A stretch of 64,000 nucleotides of DNA from Chiloscyllium plagiosum (lineage: Eukaryota), in the NCBI RefSeq assembly GCF_004010195.1, contig NC_057718.1:88988229-89052228 (forward strand), in the 5' to 3' direction. Made by a program: the position numbers and the translations under genes. The notes under the pieces are model-generated. The model was not told the DNA's origin. It did no database searches and saw nothing but the letters and a program-made list of their open reading frames with translations. The number at the start of each line of letters is the position of its first letter. Within the stretch, counting starts at the first letter, position 1. This document shows positions 47,320 through 59,344 of this stretch, in pieces.

Positions 47320-48070
47320 TGACAAAATTATGGAATGTTTCGAAAAGGTGACAACAATAATGAAATGGGGCACATCCATTAATGTTATTTCTCTGGGTTT
47401 CTGGAAACCATTCTATAAAGCTTATCGTCTGAGACTGTTACCCAGAAGTTGAAGCTTATGAAATTGAAATGAATTCACCAGTCTGGTTAGGATTGGCTGA
47501 GAGGGCAGGAGAGACAAAGTCAGGGAAATGGGCAGACATTTTAATTGGCAGAATGCAACTAGCAGCATCCTGCAAACACCACTGTGAGTGTTGCACTATT
47601 TATTAATGACTTAGATAGTGTGTCAGAAAGTTTATTGGTAGCACATGCATGGGTGCTTTGTAAGCATTGTGGATAGAAGCACAGAATTGCAGAGAGGTAT
47701 TGACAGATCATAGGAATGGATGGAAGGATTTCGATTGATGCAAATATGAGGTCAGCACTTTGCTGCTGACAAGAACAAAATGAGATGTTTTCTAAATGAA
47801 ACAAGTCGAGAAACAGGGAAGTTCATAAGGGACTTGTGGGCTCAAGTACACAGCTCACCTACAGGAGCTTGTACAGGAGAAATCTGAGGCAACATTGGAC
47901 TTTGTATCCAGAGGTGTGGAATACAAGGGAGTAGGAGTTATACTTCAGTTATGCAAATTCCTGGTTGGCCGATATGTCAAATACTCTGTGCAATTCTCAG
48001 CACTTCACCTTAGGATGAACCTATTTGTCTTAAAGGAAAGGCAGCATAGACTTACTGAAGTGGTATCTGG
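47320..48070 (+). mobile_element. Very old CR1 RT fragment
   Basis: DKIMECFEKVT; YVKYSVQFSALHL. A short PLE terminus lies at ~47249-47316. Confidence 0.55.
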
Positions 48071-48087
48071 TAAATAAGATCATATTA

Positions 48088-48542
48088 AAGAACATAGAAC
48101 AGTACAGCGCAGTACAGGCCCTTTGGCCTTCGATGTTGGACCAACCCAATCTGAAGCCCATCTAACCTACACTATTCCATTTTCATCCATATGTCTATCC
48201 AATGACCATTTAAATGCCCTTAAAGTTGGCAAGTCTACTACTGTTGCAGGCAGTTCACTCCACGCCTCTACTACTCTCTGAGTAAAGAAACTATCTCTGA
48301 CATCTGTCCTATATCTATCACCCCTCCATTTAAAGCTATGTCCCCTTGTGCAAGCCATCACCATCCGAGGAAAAAGGCACTCACTGTCGACCCTACCTAA
48401 CCCCCTGATTATCTTAAGTCACCTCTCAATCTTCTTCTCTCTAACGAAAACAGCCTCAAGTCCCTCAGCCTTTTCTCATAAGATCTTCCCTCCATACCAG
48501 GCAACATCCTAGTAAATCTCCTCTGAATCCTTTCCAAAGCTT
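48088..48542 (-). mobile_element. CR1 3' fragment running into gap
   Basis: TRGHSFKWRGDRYRTDVRDSFFTQRVVEAWSELP. Confidence 0.88.
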
Positions 48543-49280
48543 NNNNNNNNNNNNNNNNNNNNNNNNNNNNNNNNNNNNNNNNNNNNNNNNNNNNNNNNNN
48601 NNNNNNNNNNNNNNNNNNNNNNNNNNNNNNNNNNNNNNNNNNNNNNNNNNNNNNNNNNNNNNNNNNNNNNNNNNNNNNNNNNNNNNNNNNNNNNNNNNNN
48701 NNNNNNNNNNNNNNNNNNNNNNNNNNNNNNNNNNNNNNNNNNNNNNNNNNNNNNNNNNNNNNNNNNNNNNNNNNNNNNNNNNNNNNNNNNNNNNNNNNNN
48801 NNNNNNNNNNNNNNNNNNNNNNNNNNNNNNNNNNNNNNNNNNNNNNNNNNNNNNNNNNNNNNNNNNNNNNNNNNNNNNNNNNNNNNNNNNNNNNNNNNNN
48901 NNNNNNNNNNNNNNNNNNNNNNNNNNNNNNNNNNNNNNNNNNNNNNNNNNNNNNNNNNNNNNNNNNNNNNNNNNNNNNNNNNNNNNNNNNNNNNNNNNNN
49001 NNNNNNNNNNNNNNNNNNNNNNNNNNNNNNNNNNNNNNNNNNNNNNNNNNNNNNNNNNNNNNNNNNNNNNNNNNNNNNNNNNNNNNNNNNNNNNNNNNNN
49101 NNNNNNNNNNNNNNNNNNNNNNNNNNNNNNNNNNNNNNNNNNNNNNNNNNNNNNNNNNNNNNNNNNNNNNNNNNNNNNNNNNNNNNNNNNNNNNNNNNNN
49201 NNNNNNNNNNNNNNNNNNNNNNNNNNNNNNNNNNNNNNNNNNNNNNNNNNNNNNNNNNNNNNNNNNNNNNNNNNNNNNNN
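48543..49280. other. Assembly gap (738 N)
   Basis: Run of N. Confidence 1.
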
Positions 49281-50019
49281 TGTAAAGGCCTGTGTATGTA
49301 AAGGCCTGAGATGCTGTGTGGAAAAGTTTGAAGAGACTGGTTTCAGGATTGATAGACTTAGGTTACATGGATAGAGTGGAGCAGTTGCATTCTTCACCAT
49401 AAAAGAAGAGAGGTTTGAGAATAGTCTTTGGAAGTGATGTTTAAAATCATGAGTCAAAAGAGATTCATCCCAATGAATTAAGATTCAAAGAACACACCCA
49501 TCATGATGAAAAATGTCTTATGCAGCCAATTATGATCTAGAATTTACACCCTGAAAGGGTGGCAGAGTAAGACATAATTGTGAGTTTCAAAATGAAATTA
49601 GATAAGCATTCAAAATTAAAATAACTTTGCAGGGCTACAAGGACAGGACTAAGGAATAGAACTAACCGAATGGCTTTTGCTAAGATCCAGAACTGACTCA
49701 ATAGGGCAAATTACCTTCTTTGCTGCTCTATCCAGTCTAAGTTGATCCAATATCCTCAGTTGAACTATTACTATTGGTGACCCAATGCATTCAGTTGACT
49801 TGTCTAAAGGTAATATGATAGCCCCAAGTGATCCAATATCTAACAGTGATCTAATACAATTGGCCAATCAATACCCCTCGTGCTCTAATTCCTCCAGATA
49901 ACGCTATGTTCGTAGATGACCCATGCAGACAGAAACAATGCAATTGCTCCAATCTAACCATGTAACCTAAATCCATCATTCCTCAAACCAGTCTCTTCTA
50001 ACCTTTCCACAGAGCCTCC

Positions 50020-50097
50020 CAGGCCTTTACACACCGGCCTTTACACACTCAGGCCTTTACACATAGGCCTTGACACTAGCAGGCCTTTACACACAGA
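50020..50097 (+). repeat. Short tandem (aggcctttacacac)n, 5 units
   Basis: Directly visible; reverse-orientation copies at 49281-49308. Confidence 0.85.
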
Positions 50098-50131
50098 TGG
50101 TATAGTGATCATTGGAGATCCAATACACTGA

Positions 50132-50291
50132 AGCAAAAGTGAGGACCGCAGATGCTGGAGATTAGAGTCAAGAGTGTGATACTGGAAAAGCACAGCCCTT
50201 CATCCTGGTGAAGGGCTTTTGCCCAAAACGTTGATTTTCCTACTCCTCAGATGCTGCCTAACCTGCTATGCTTTTCCAGCACCACACTCTG
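50132..50291. mobile_element. Palindromic family A insert
   Basis: TSD gatc(c/t)aatacactga at 50117-50131 and 50292-50306; mutated core CTGGTGA-agggcttttgccc-AAAA-CG-TT. Confidence 0.85.
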
Positions 50292-51559
50292 GATCTAATA
50301 CACTGAGGTGATCCAATGACTTAATTTGATAAAATATTATCAGGTGATCACTCGAATCTTATCCAATCAGGACTAATGACTACATATGGACAACCTAATA
50401 GACACAATCAATCCAGTACCCTGAAGTAATCTAATAACTTCAGATAACATACTGCACTGAGAACTCTGGAACAGAACACCATTTAAATAGAGCCACTACT
50501 CATGGCGTAAATAGGCTAGACCCAGCCTGGGACAGACATTCTAGGTCTGCGTTACAAAGGGCTCAGGTGATGAGTCCTAGCTGGACAAGCCGTTGTCTGT
50601 TACCAACAGAACTTATGCTCAATAAGCTCCAGAGGAAGATTAATTAGTGATTCCCCATGGACCTTAAAGGGGTTATAACACTCGCTCAGATAATCTGATG
50701 GAAATGAGTAATCTAATATAATCAAATGATCTAATAGACCCAGGTGATCCAATAGCCCCCATGGCCAGTACTCCTGTATGAACTAGTTCTTCTTCCTGAT
50801 ATGTTCTTTTTTTGTGATTAATATCCTGGGTCTTCTAATAGCCCCAGACAATACACACAGATCTATTAGCTACAGGAGACTGAGTACACTCAGATGGTAG
50901 AATACCCAACTTAGGAAATTGAATGCTCCCAAGTGATCCATTGTTCCCAAGTGATCCAGTTGATCCAATACACCTTAACATCTCCTCCGTCACTATGTTT
51001 ATCCCATCCAATATTTTGCACACCTCCTCCTTCACAACGCCTGTAACATCCGTCTCAGGGGCAGGAGTTCAGGTTCTCAATCCAGCCGCAGTTTTGGCAC
51101 TCATTCATTGAGCTGGGAAAGGCAAGTTCAAAAACAGCTCACAGTTAAATCTGTGTTGCGAGTCAGAGACGGGTTAAGGGGGAAAGTAAGAAATGAGTGA
51201 AAAGGGAAAGAATTGAGAGGCTAAAACAATGAAGTTACAGTGAATGATGAAATGGAAATGAGATGGCAAGAGATTGTCTGTTCGAACATTTATGCTGGAA
51301 CAATTCACACCAAATGTCAAGCCAATTCAAACAGAAAGTGTGACTAGAGTGTTAGGAAAGAGACACATTTTCAGTGTGTAAAATCTTAAGACAGTCAACA
51401 ATATTTGTTACTTTATCAGGCTCTCGACCCTCGATCAGTAGTTTAAGTGCCACTTGATATGTGACATATATGCTTTATACTGTGGTAGAATACTGAGGGG
51501 AGTGTTGACGCTAATGCCTTTTGGACAAATATTAAACTTATACCCTACCTGCCTCTTTA

Positions 51560-51885
51560 GTAAGGTGGATTGCCAAAGTCCTTTTCCCAGAGTAGAGCAG
51601 TCCAGAACCAGAGAGCATAGGTTTAGGGTGAGAGGGAAAGATTTAAAAGGGACCTAAGGGGCAACAGAGGATGGTGTGTTTATAGAATGAGCTGCCAGAG
51701 GAAGTGGTGGAGACTGGTACAATTAGAGCATTTAAAAGGCACCTGGATGGGTATATGAATAGGAAGGGTTTAGAGGGATATGGGCCAAGTGCTGGCAAAT
51801 GGAACTAAAATAATTTAGCACATCTAGTTGGCATGGACGAGTTGAACCGAAGAGTCTATTTCCGTGCTGTACATCTCTGTGACTC
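51560..51885 (+). mobile_element. CR1 3' fragment inserted in a Deu-SINE remnant
   Basis: CR1 tail; flanks gaatactgaggggagtg.. and ..ctccctcaaccaacatca. Confidence 0.8.
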
Positions 51886-54109
51886 TTAGTAGATATAAAT
51901 AATCCATGATAGGCAGGGAGTTTCACCTTGACTAATATTCCTCCCTCAACCAACATCAGAATCTGGAGAGTGTAACTATACAACACTCATGAGACACCGC
52001 ATTGCAGTAGCAGTGTTGATGTTTCTGATCCAGACTGTGGAGCACAATTTGAACCCACAGCCTTCAGATTAAGAGCTAGTGGGGGCTACCCATTGAGCTA
52101 TAAGCACTGTAAGGGCAAATGTCATGAAGTATGTTCTATAGTTAAATTCAACAAACCCTGTATTGTATGGGACTGGCATGGAAACATTACCATGAAATCC
52201 TTGCATAAATAACAAAGTCTCAACCACATTTTCAGAACAAAGACAATGCTGAATAAAGTGTTTGAAATGCACATTCGAATGTGCACAACATAAAGGCCGG
52301 ATACTGATTGGAACATTCACAGGAAAAGAATGTGGCATAATAGAAGTTCACTGAAGCAGTATGGGCACACCTGTTGCAACCTGGAGTGTGGAGCGTTCAG
52401 CTAATTTTCGTTTTTCATGTTTCCTCCTCCTCTTGCTACAGGGTTGGGTAGATAAGGACTAATGCTTAAAAGTTGTGTTGTGTTCTGTAGTTAAAATTTA
52501 ACCTCTCACATCGCTGATACAGCCAAGCCTTGTTATAACAAGCTGCACATATGATTAACCTAATTGTATTTCTCAAAGACATGGCTCCATTTACCTCAGG
52601 ATCTGCCATTTGTCATTAAACCTTTTCAATTATAACAAAGAACAAAGCATTCTGAATTCCTCTTTGAAGACCACCATGAATTAGAGACATATTTTGGATC
52701 ATTAACTCTACAGTAGTTGCTGTCAAAGTCGTTGCATGTTTAGCCAGAACAGGAAGCTTTCATGTTCAGGAATTCCAATTCCTTTCCCGGCCAGCTCTCC
52801 TTCTGTCCCCAGCCCAGACGAAATATCTTGTTCTCTGTGACCCCCTGCTTTAAGTAGCTTCACCCCAAATTCATCAGAACCCATTCAACTAAGATGATCA
52901 AAAGGTGACAGGCAGTTCTGGATTCAAAACTGTAGGTCAGTAACCGAGGCATGAATTGAAAGAAACTCACCCTTCGCAGTGATTTTGTTTTTTTGGCAGG
53001 TGAAATCTTTAGCTCCCCGTCCCAGCAATCTCATTCCCCACCACACCCTTAGCAATCTTCTTAGTCTAACACTGTACAGCTCTGGCTGCTCTCATTGTTC
53101 CACAAAGATTGGGTCCTTGCTTTGTCTTCAATTGTTTTCCTTGAACCTAAAGAATGACATTAAGTTCCCGTGTTGCCACAAAATATTCTGACCAAGACTG
53201 TCACGTGAAGTATGTGGAGCAGATGTTCCCCAGCCCTCTGCACTCTTCAAAGTGAGAAATATTGGAACGACTTCCTTTGATTTTTCACTTCAATACTGAA
53301 ATTGTTTCATGAGCACACCCCCTCCCCACCAATCCTAATTCTGATCCTCGTCACAAAAGTTCATTCACGGGGGTATGGAATTTGCTGATGAGGCCAACAT
53401 TTATTGTCCACTCCTGAACAGGCCCGGATGAGGTGAACGATTCTGAACTGCTGCAGTTTACATGGCGCAGGTACACGGTTCTATTAGTGAGGGAGTTCCC
53501 GATTTTTCACCAGGGCAGCCATGAAGGGACAGCACGACAGTTCCAAGTCGGGATGGTGTGCAACCTGGAAGGGTGTTTGCAGGTGTTATTCCCGTGCGTC
53601 TGTTTCTCTTGCCCCCTCTACCCCAAAATGGGGTGGAGGTCAGCTACTTGGAGCGTGTTGCTGGAGAAGCCTGATGAAGCGCCACAAGATATTCTGAACA
53701 AGATCCATCACGTGACTGATGTGCCATCGCAGTGGATATTTCTTTGAATCAGGACTCAAAATGCACAGGGTCCTTTGCCTTGTCATCCCCAAAGCAACAG
53801 GAAAAAATGGAGTCATGGGGGCTGATGGGAGGACTGACCCCTTGGGGGGAAAGGACCAAATTGGGGAGGAGTTGCTCCATCCAACTGTGCCTAAGGACCT
53901 ATCAGCAGCAAAGGTGGGGAGAGAAGCAACCTGTGGTTGGAGGAGCAGTGACCAATTGGAAGACAAATTGAGGGGGTTGCCAGGGGAACTGCAAAAGAGG
54001 GTGAGTTGGGGGAATAGGGAGGAGGCTGAAAAAGGTGTGCCCAGACATTGAGGGGGCATGCACAAGGGGTAGCGGGAGGGAGAGGCTGTGAAAGGACTAT
54101 GGGAAGGCG

Positions 54110-54478
54110 ACCAAAAACAGAAATTGCTGGAGAAACTCAGCAGGTCTGGCAGCATCTGCGGAGAGAGAGCAAAGTTAATGTTTCGGGTCCAGTGACACTT
54201 CTTCAGAACTGACAGTAACTCGGAAAATGTTGGCATATATGTTGAAGACAGGGACTTGAGGGTGGGTTTGGGGTTTAGAAGGATAGCGTGGATAGGTGGA
54301 GACTGAGCCCAAAGGAAGAGAAAGAATGTTAGGCAGACAGAGGGATGGATAATGGTAAAATGGAGAAAGAAAAGCAGGTCATGGGACCCATCTGTAGGTG
54401 AGAATGAGTTGTTTGTGCTGAAAACAACCCATGTTATGACAAGGTATGGGGAAAAGACATAGAGTTAGGTGTTCAGGT
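54110..54478 (-). mobile_element. PLE 3' end (family B relative) with hammerhead motif
   Basis: Minus strand AGTT-CTGAAGA-A-GTGTC(actg)GACCC-GAAA-CA-TT-AACT at 54173-54210. Confidence 0.65.
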
Positions 54479-54907
54479 AAAAGGAGACTAAATTGTGAGA
54501 TAGGTGAGAGGTATAAGATGGAGTCTGTAAAGGAGACAAAACAGTTTTAAACCTGTCAACAGAAATATTCAACTCACCAGGAGCCAGGAAAACTTAAAAT
54601 TACTGAGGTAGTGAACTATCTGACAATTGAATGTGTAGTTTAAGTTGCTGAAGTACAGGAGCTACCATATGGAGGAGAAATGGAATGGATGTTTTTGTAA
54701 CAAACACTTTTTAATTGTTAAATTTAAATCTGAGATTGATATCTGAAACGCCATATAAAGGTAATAACCGTCTAATTAAACTGCATCATCTTCGTGTATA
54801 TATGATAGAAATGTGTCAGTCATGGTTTCACCAGTTAACAGAAGCTGTGTTTAGGGCAATGGCTTTTTGTTTGTAGAGTGTTTGTAGAAGACGTTTGACA
54901 GTATTAG

Positions 54908-56822
54908 GCAAGAACTTTCAAAAGCTGTTTGGGGGCAGATGTTCGCAGGTAAAGGGACGGCTGGAAAATGGGAAGCCTTCAGAAATGAGATAACGGGAGT
55001 CCAGAGAAAGTATATTCCTGTTAGGGTGAAAGGGAAGGCTGGTAGGTATAGGGAATGCTGGATGACTAGAGAAATTGTTGTTTTGGTTAAGAAAGAGAAG
55101 GAAGCATATGTCAGGTATAGACAGGATAGATCGAGAGACTCCTTAGAAGAGTATAAAGGCAGTAGGAGTATACTTAAGCGGGAAATCAGGAGGGCAAAAA
55201 GGGGACACGAGATTGCTTTGGCAAATAGAGTTATGGAAAATCCAAAGGGTTTTTATAAATACATTAAGCTCAAAAGGGTAACTGGGGAGAGAAAAGGGCC
55301 CCTCAAAGATCAGCAAAGCGGCTTATGTGTGGAGCTGCAGGAGATGGGGGAGATACGAAACAAGTATTTTGCATCAGTATTTACTGTGGAAAAGGATATG
55401 GAAGATATAGAATGTGGGGAAATAGGTGATGACATCTTGAAAAATGTCCATATTACAGAGGAGGAACTGCTGGATGTCTTGAAACTGGTAAAGGTGAATA
55501 AATTCCCAGGTGTACCCGAGAACTCTGTGGGAAGCTAGGTAAGTGATTGCTGGCCCCCTTGCTGAGATATTTGTATTATCGAAAGTCACAGATGAGGTGC
55601 TGGAAGACTGGAGGTTAGCTAATGTGGTACCACTATTTAAGAAAGGTGGTAAGGAAACACCAGGGAATTATAGAATGGTAAGCCTGATGTCAGTAATGGG
55701 CAAGTTGTTGGAGGGAATCCTGAGGGACAGGATTTTCATGTATTTGGAAAGGCAAGGACTGATTAAGGATAGTCAACATGGCTTTGTGCGTGGCAAATCA
55801 TGTCTAATGAACTTCACTGAGTTTTTTGAAGAAGTAACAGAGACGATTGATGAGGGCAGAGCAGTAGATGTGATCTATATGGATCTCAGTAAGGCATTGG
55901 ACAAGATTCCCCATGGGAGACTGATTAGCAAGGTCAGATCTCATGGAATACAGGGAGAACTAGCCATTTGGATACAGAACTGGCTCAAAGGTAGAAGACA
56001 GAGGGTGGTGGTAGTTTTTCAGACTGGAGGCCTGTGACCAGTGGAGTGCCACAAGGATCGGTGCTTGGTCCTCGACTTCTTGTCATTTATATAAATGATT
56101 TGGAGGTCAGCATAAGAGGTATAGTTAGTAAGTTTGCAGATGACACCAAAATTGGAGGTGTCGTGGTCAGCGAAGAAGGTCTCCTCAGATTACGACAGGA
56201 TCTTGATCAGGTGAGCCAATGGGCTGTGGAGTGGCAGATGGAATTTAATTTAGATAAATGCCAGGTGCTGCCTTTTAGAAAAGCAAATCTTAGCAGGACT
56301 TATACATTTAATGGTAAGGTCAGAGGGAGTGTTGCTGAACAAAGAGACCTTGGAGTGCAGGTTCATAGCTCCTTGAAAGTAGAGCCGCAGGTAGATAGGA
56401 TAGTGAAGAAGGCATTTGGTATGTTTTCTTTTATTGGTCAGTGCATTCAGTACTACAGAATCATGAGGGACATGGATAGGATAAGTAGACAAAGTCTTTT
56501 CCCTGGGGTGGGGAGTCCAGAACTTGAGGGCATAGGTTTAGGGTGAGAGGGGAAAGATATAAAAGAAACCTAAGGGACAACATTTTCATGCAGAGGGTGG
56601 TCCGTGTATGGAATGAGCTGCCAGAGGAAGCGGTGGAGGTTGGTACAATTGCACTATTTAAAAGGCATTTGGATGGGTAGATGAATAGGAAGGGTTTGGA
56701 GGGATATAGGTCAGGTGCTGGCAGGTGGGACTAGATTAGGTTGGGATATCTGGTTGGCATGGACAGGTTGGACCGAAGGGTCTGTTTCCATGCTGTACAT
56801 CTGTATGACTCCATGACTCTAT
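54908..56822 (+). mobile_element. 5'-truncated CR1/HER1 LINE with most of the RT
   Basis: DWRLANVVPLFKKG, NYRMVSL, SQHGFVRGKSCL, DLSKALDKIPH, SGVPQGSVLGP, KFADDTK; frameshifts and an internal deletion near 56452; tail atgactccatgactctatg. Confidence 0.96.
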
Positions 56823-56846
56823 GGTCATCTGGGTGAGCACTTAAAA

Positions 56847-56934
56847 TGAAGGGCTTTTGTCCAAAACGTCAGTTTTCTTCCTCAGATGCAGCCTGACCTG
56901 CTGTGCTTTTCTAGCACCACTCCATTCTTGACTC
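56847..56934 (+). mobile_element. Family A PLE terminus fragment
   Basis: tgaagggcttttgtccaaaacgtc..gcctgacctgctgtgcttttc. Confidence 0.65.
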
Positions 56935-56959
56935 TAGTTTTGGTATTTGTTAATTAACA

Positions 56960-57299
56960 TAGTACTAGCTTTCAGACCGCTGCTCCTTCATCAGTGGGGC
57001 AGGATCATAAGACACAGAATTGATATCTCCTGCTTTCCTGCATCTCTGCAGAAACTTGATATCTGTGTCGATATGCGCGATTTTCTTGGAGATGGTGGTG
57101 TCGATGGTAGCCATGATCTGGAGGTGCCAGTATTGCCGGGGTGGACAAAGTTAAAAATCACACAGGAAAGCGGGAGCTATCAATTCTGTGTGATCCTGCC
57201 CTACTAGTTACCTGATGAAGGAGCAATGCTCTGAAAGCTAGTACTTCCAAATAAAGCTGTTGAACTATAACCTGGTGCTGTGTGATTTTTAGCTTAGTC
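56960..57299. mobile_element. Inverted family D PLE termini with two hammerhead motifs
   Basis: 56961-57026 is the reverse complement of ~57177-57246; additional inverted end ggacaaagttaaaaatcacaca at 57143-57164. Confidence 0.75.
57209..57243 (+). ncRNA. Minimal hammerhead motif with AGCU stem III
   Basis: TAC-CTGATGA-A-GGAGC(aat)GCTCT-GAAA-GC-TA-GTA. Confidence 0.65.
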
Positions 57300-57695
57300 A
57301 GCAGAGACATGGTGGGCTGAAGGGCCTGTTTCTATGCTGTATGACTCTCTCCTCTAAGACTATGATCATGAGAATCAGAAATCCAGAATACCCAGAAATA
57401 AAAAACATCAAGCAAGCCAGTTACCACTAACCTACTTAGTCAGCAGCTGTAATGACAGGAAGAGACAACAGCAAATTTAAAGAAATCCAGTGAAAGAGTC
57501 TTACAGAAGGAAAATCAGGAAAATGTTGCTTCCCACTTGGGAAAGTGTGCTGAGACTTGAGCTCCTCTAATGCTGGGGTTGTTACAAAATGTAAAGATTT
57601 AATCCAAATAAGCAAAGTCCCTGATTTGCCTGTCTGATGGAATCAGACAACATAGCCAAGGTAGGTATGCGTAACACGTACTACTGTTTATTGTG

Positions 57696-57838
57696 TGTCG
57701 AGAGTGTGGTGCTGGAAAAGCATAGCTTATTCCCAAAATGTCAATTCTCCTGCTCCTCGAATACTGCCTGACCAGCTGTGCTTTTCCAGCACCACACTCT
57801 CGACTCTGATTTCCAGCATCTGCAGTCCTCACTTTCTG
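57696..57838. mobile_element. Asymmetric palindromic family A insert
   Basis: Exact 12-bp TSD ctgtttattgtg at 57684-57695 and 57842-57853. Confidence 0.85.
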
Positions 57839-59344
57839 CTGCTGTTTATTGTGAACAAGTTTCAGCCACAGGCAGACAAAAGAACTATCAGATTATAACT
57901 CTACTAGTTAAAACCCTAATCCGTTTTAACCCCCTACACACGCACTCATAGAGTCTGACACAACCAAACAGGAAGAACGTTGGGGGTTTTGGGTGGAGGG
58001 CTGAAGCACAATTCAGTTGCACCAGTTCACGCAATTTGATGAGGTATTCCTTTTGTTTCCCAAGACCTTTTGTCATTCAATCCCTTTCACTGGATTCTTC
58101 CACTTTTTTGCAGAAGGCACAGGGTGATTGGTACACTGACTGCAAAGTCTCTTAGTTATTGATTAAAGGCAACAGCCCACAGCAACCTTTACTGCAGAGC
58201 AGTAGAGACAGAATCTGGTCTTCCAGCAGTCTAGAGGCTTCTCAGTCCTGACTGTAAACCCCCAAGCTATTCATCCAGTTAGGAGACTATCTGAAAGCCG
58301 TCATCGGGCTGATAACTTCCAGCATCCACGACTGATCACATTTGTAGAAACCAATCAGCTACCTACTGCTGGCATGCCCACTCTCATCACATATGTTGCA
58401 GTGCAATGCTGTGTTATCTCAACTTCGCCCCCCCACTACTTGACCAAAGCAACAATGTAAACACAACACACAATGAGTTCTGGTAACTTGTTTTCTAATG
58501 TGCAGTAATTCCTTCCCAGTCCTTTGTTTCAAAAACAATCCTTTCCCATTTTAGCCCATAATTTAAAAAAAGTTAAAAAGCTGCAGTCTGTAAAAGAAAT
58601 GAAAACATTAAAAGGGCCAGGACTCAGTAACTTAGAGCAATTTCAGTGTAAAGTTTTATAAAGGCTGCATTCAGAACCTTTGTGCAGAAGAGAATCGTTG
58701 ATAACTTAGACCTGAAAAGGCAGAACCGTGCCCATTTTATCCAAAAAGAAGCAGGAAAACCCCATCGCGGCTGCAGAAAGTGCGAAACCACTGGAAAAAT
58801 CAGGTTGCCACCATTTAAGATGCCAATGAAGGTAGGAAAACCCTGAAATATTGGAAAAAGCCCAGATAGCAGTGCAGAGATGCAGTGTTAGGGAGAAATA
58901 GATTTTAAAAGACGTGAAAACAGTTGGGTACTACAGAACAGCAGGAATACAATTTCATAATTATTAAAGAATTTAATACAGTATTATAGATATGCAGAGT
59001 TAAAATGAATGAGAAATAAAGGAAACACTGCTGTGTACAAAGTCCAGTGAGATCTACAATCATTCAATGTAAAACAGCATTGATGACTATGCAAATACAA
59101 GCTGAAAGAGCAGGTGATTTAAAACAATATTGAATTATACAGATTTCAAGTATGCCTAGTAATACGATCCATCAGCACAGTGAAAATAAATGGAAAAGAT
59201 ACAATACTCCCAAGTAGATTGAAGGTCACAGAAAGACCATGCAAAACATGGGATTGGGCTTCACTAAAGGTGACAGTTGGTACGGCGTAGCATTGTCTAA
59301 AAATCAAAAGCTAAGTACAAAAACAGAATTTAGCTCAAGACTTG

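Larger units (their letters stand above)
49735..50972 (+). repeat. Degenerate ~20-bp tandem array, block 2
   Basis: ccaagtgatccaata, ccaggtgatccaata, tcccaagtgatcca twice. Confidence 0.6.

Noticed and set aside
48465..49457. 330-aa ORF
   Set aside because: Mostly N.
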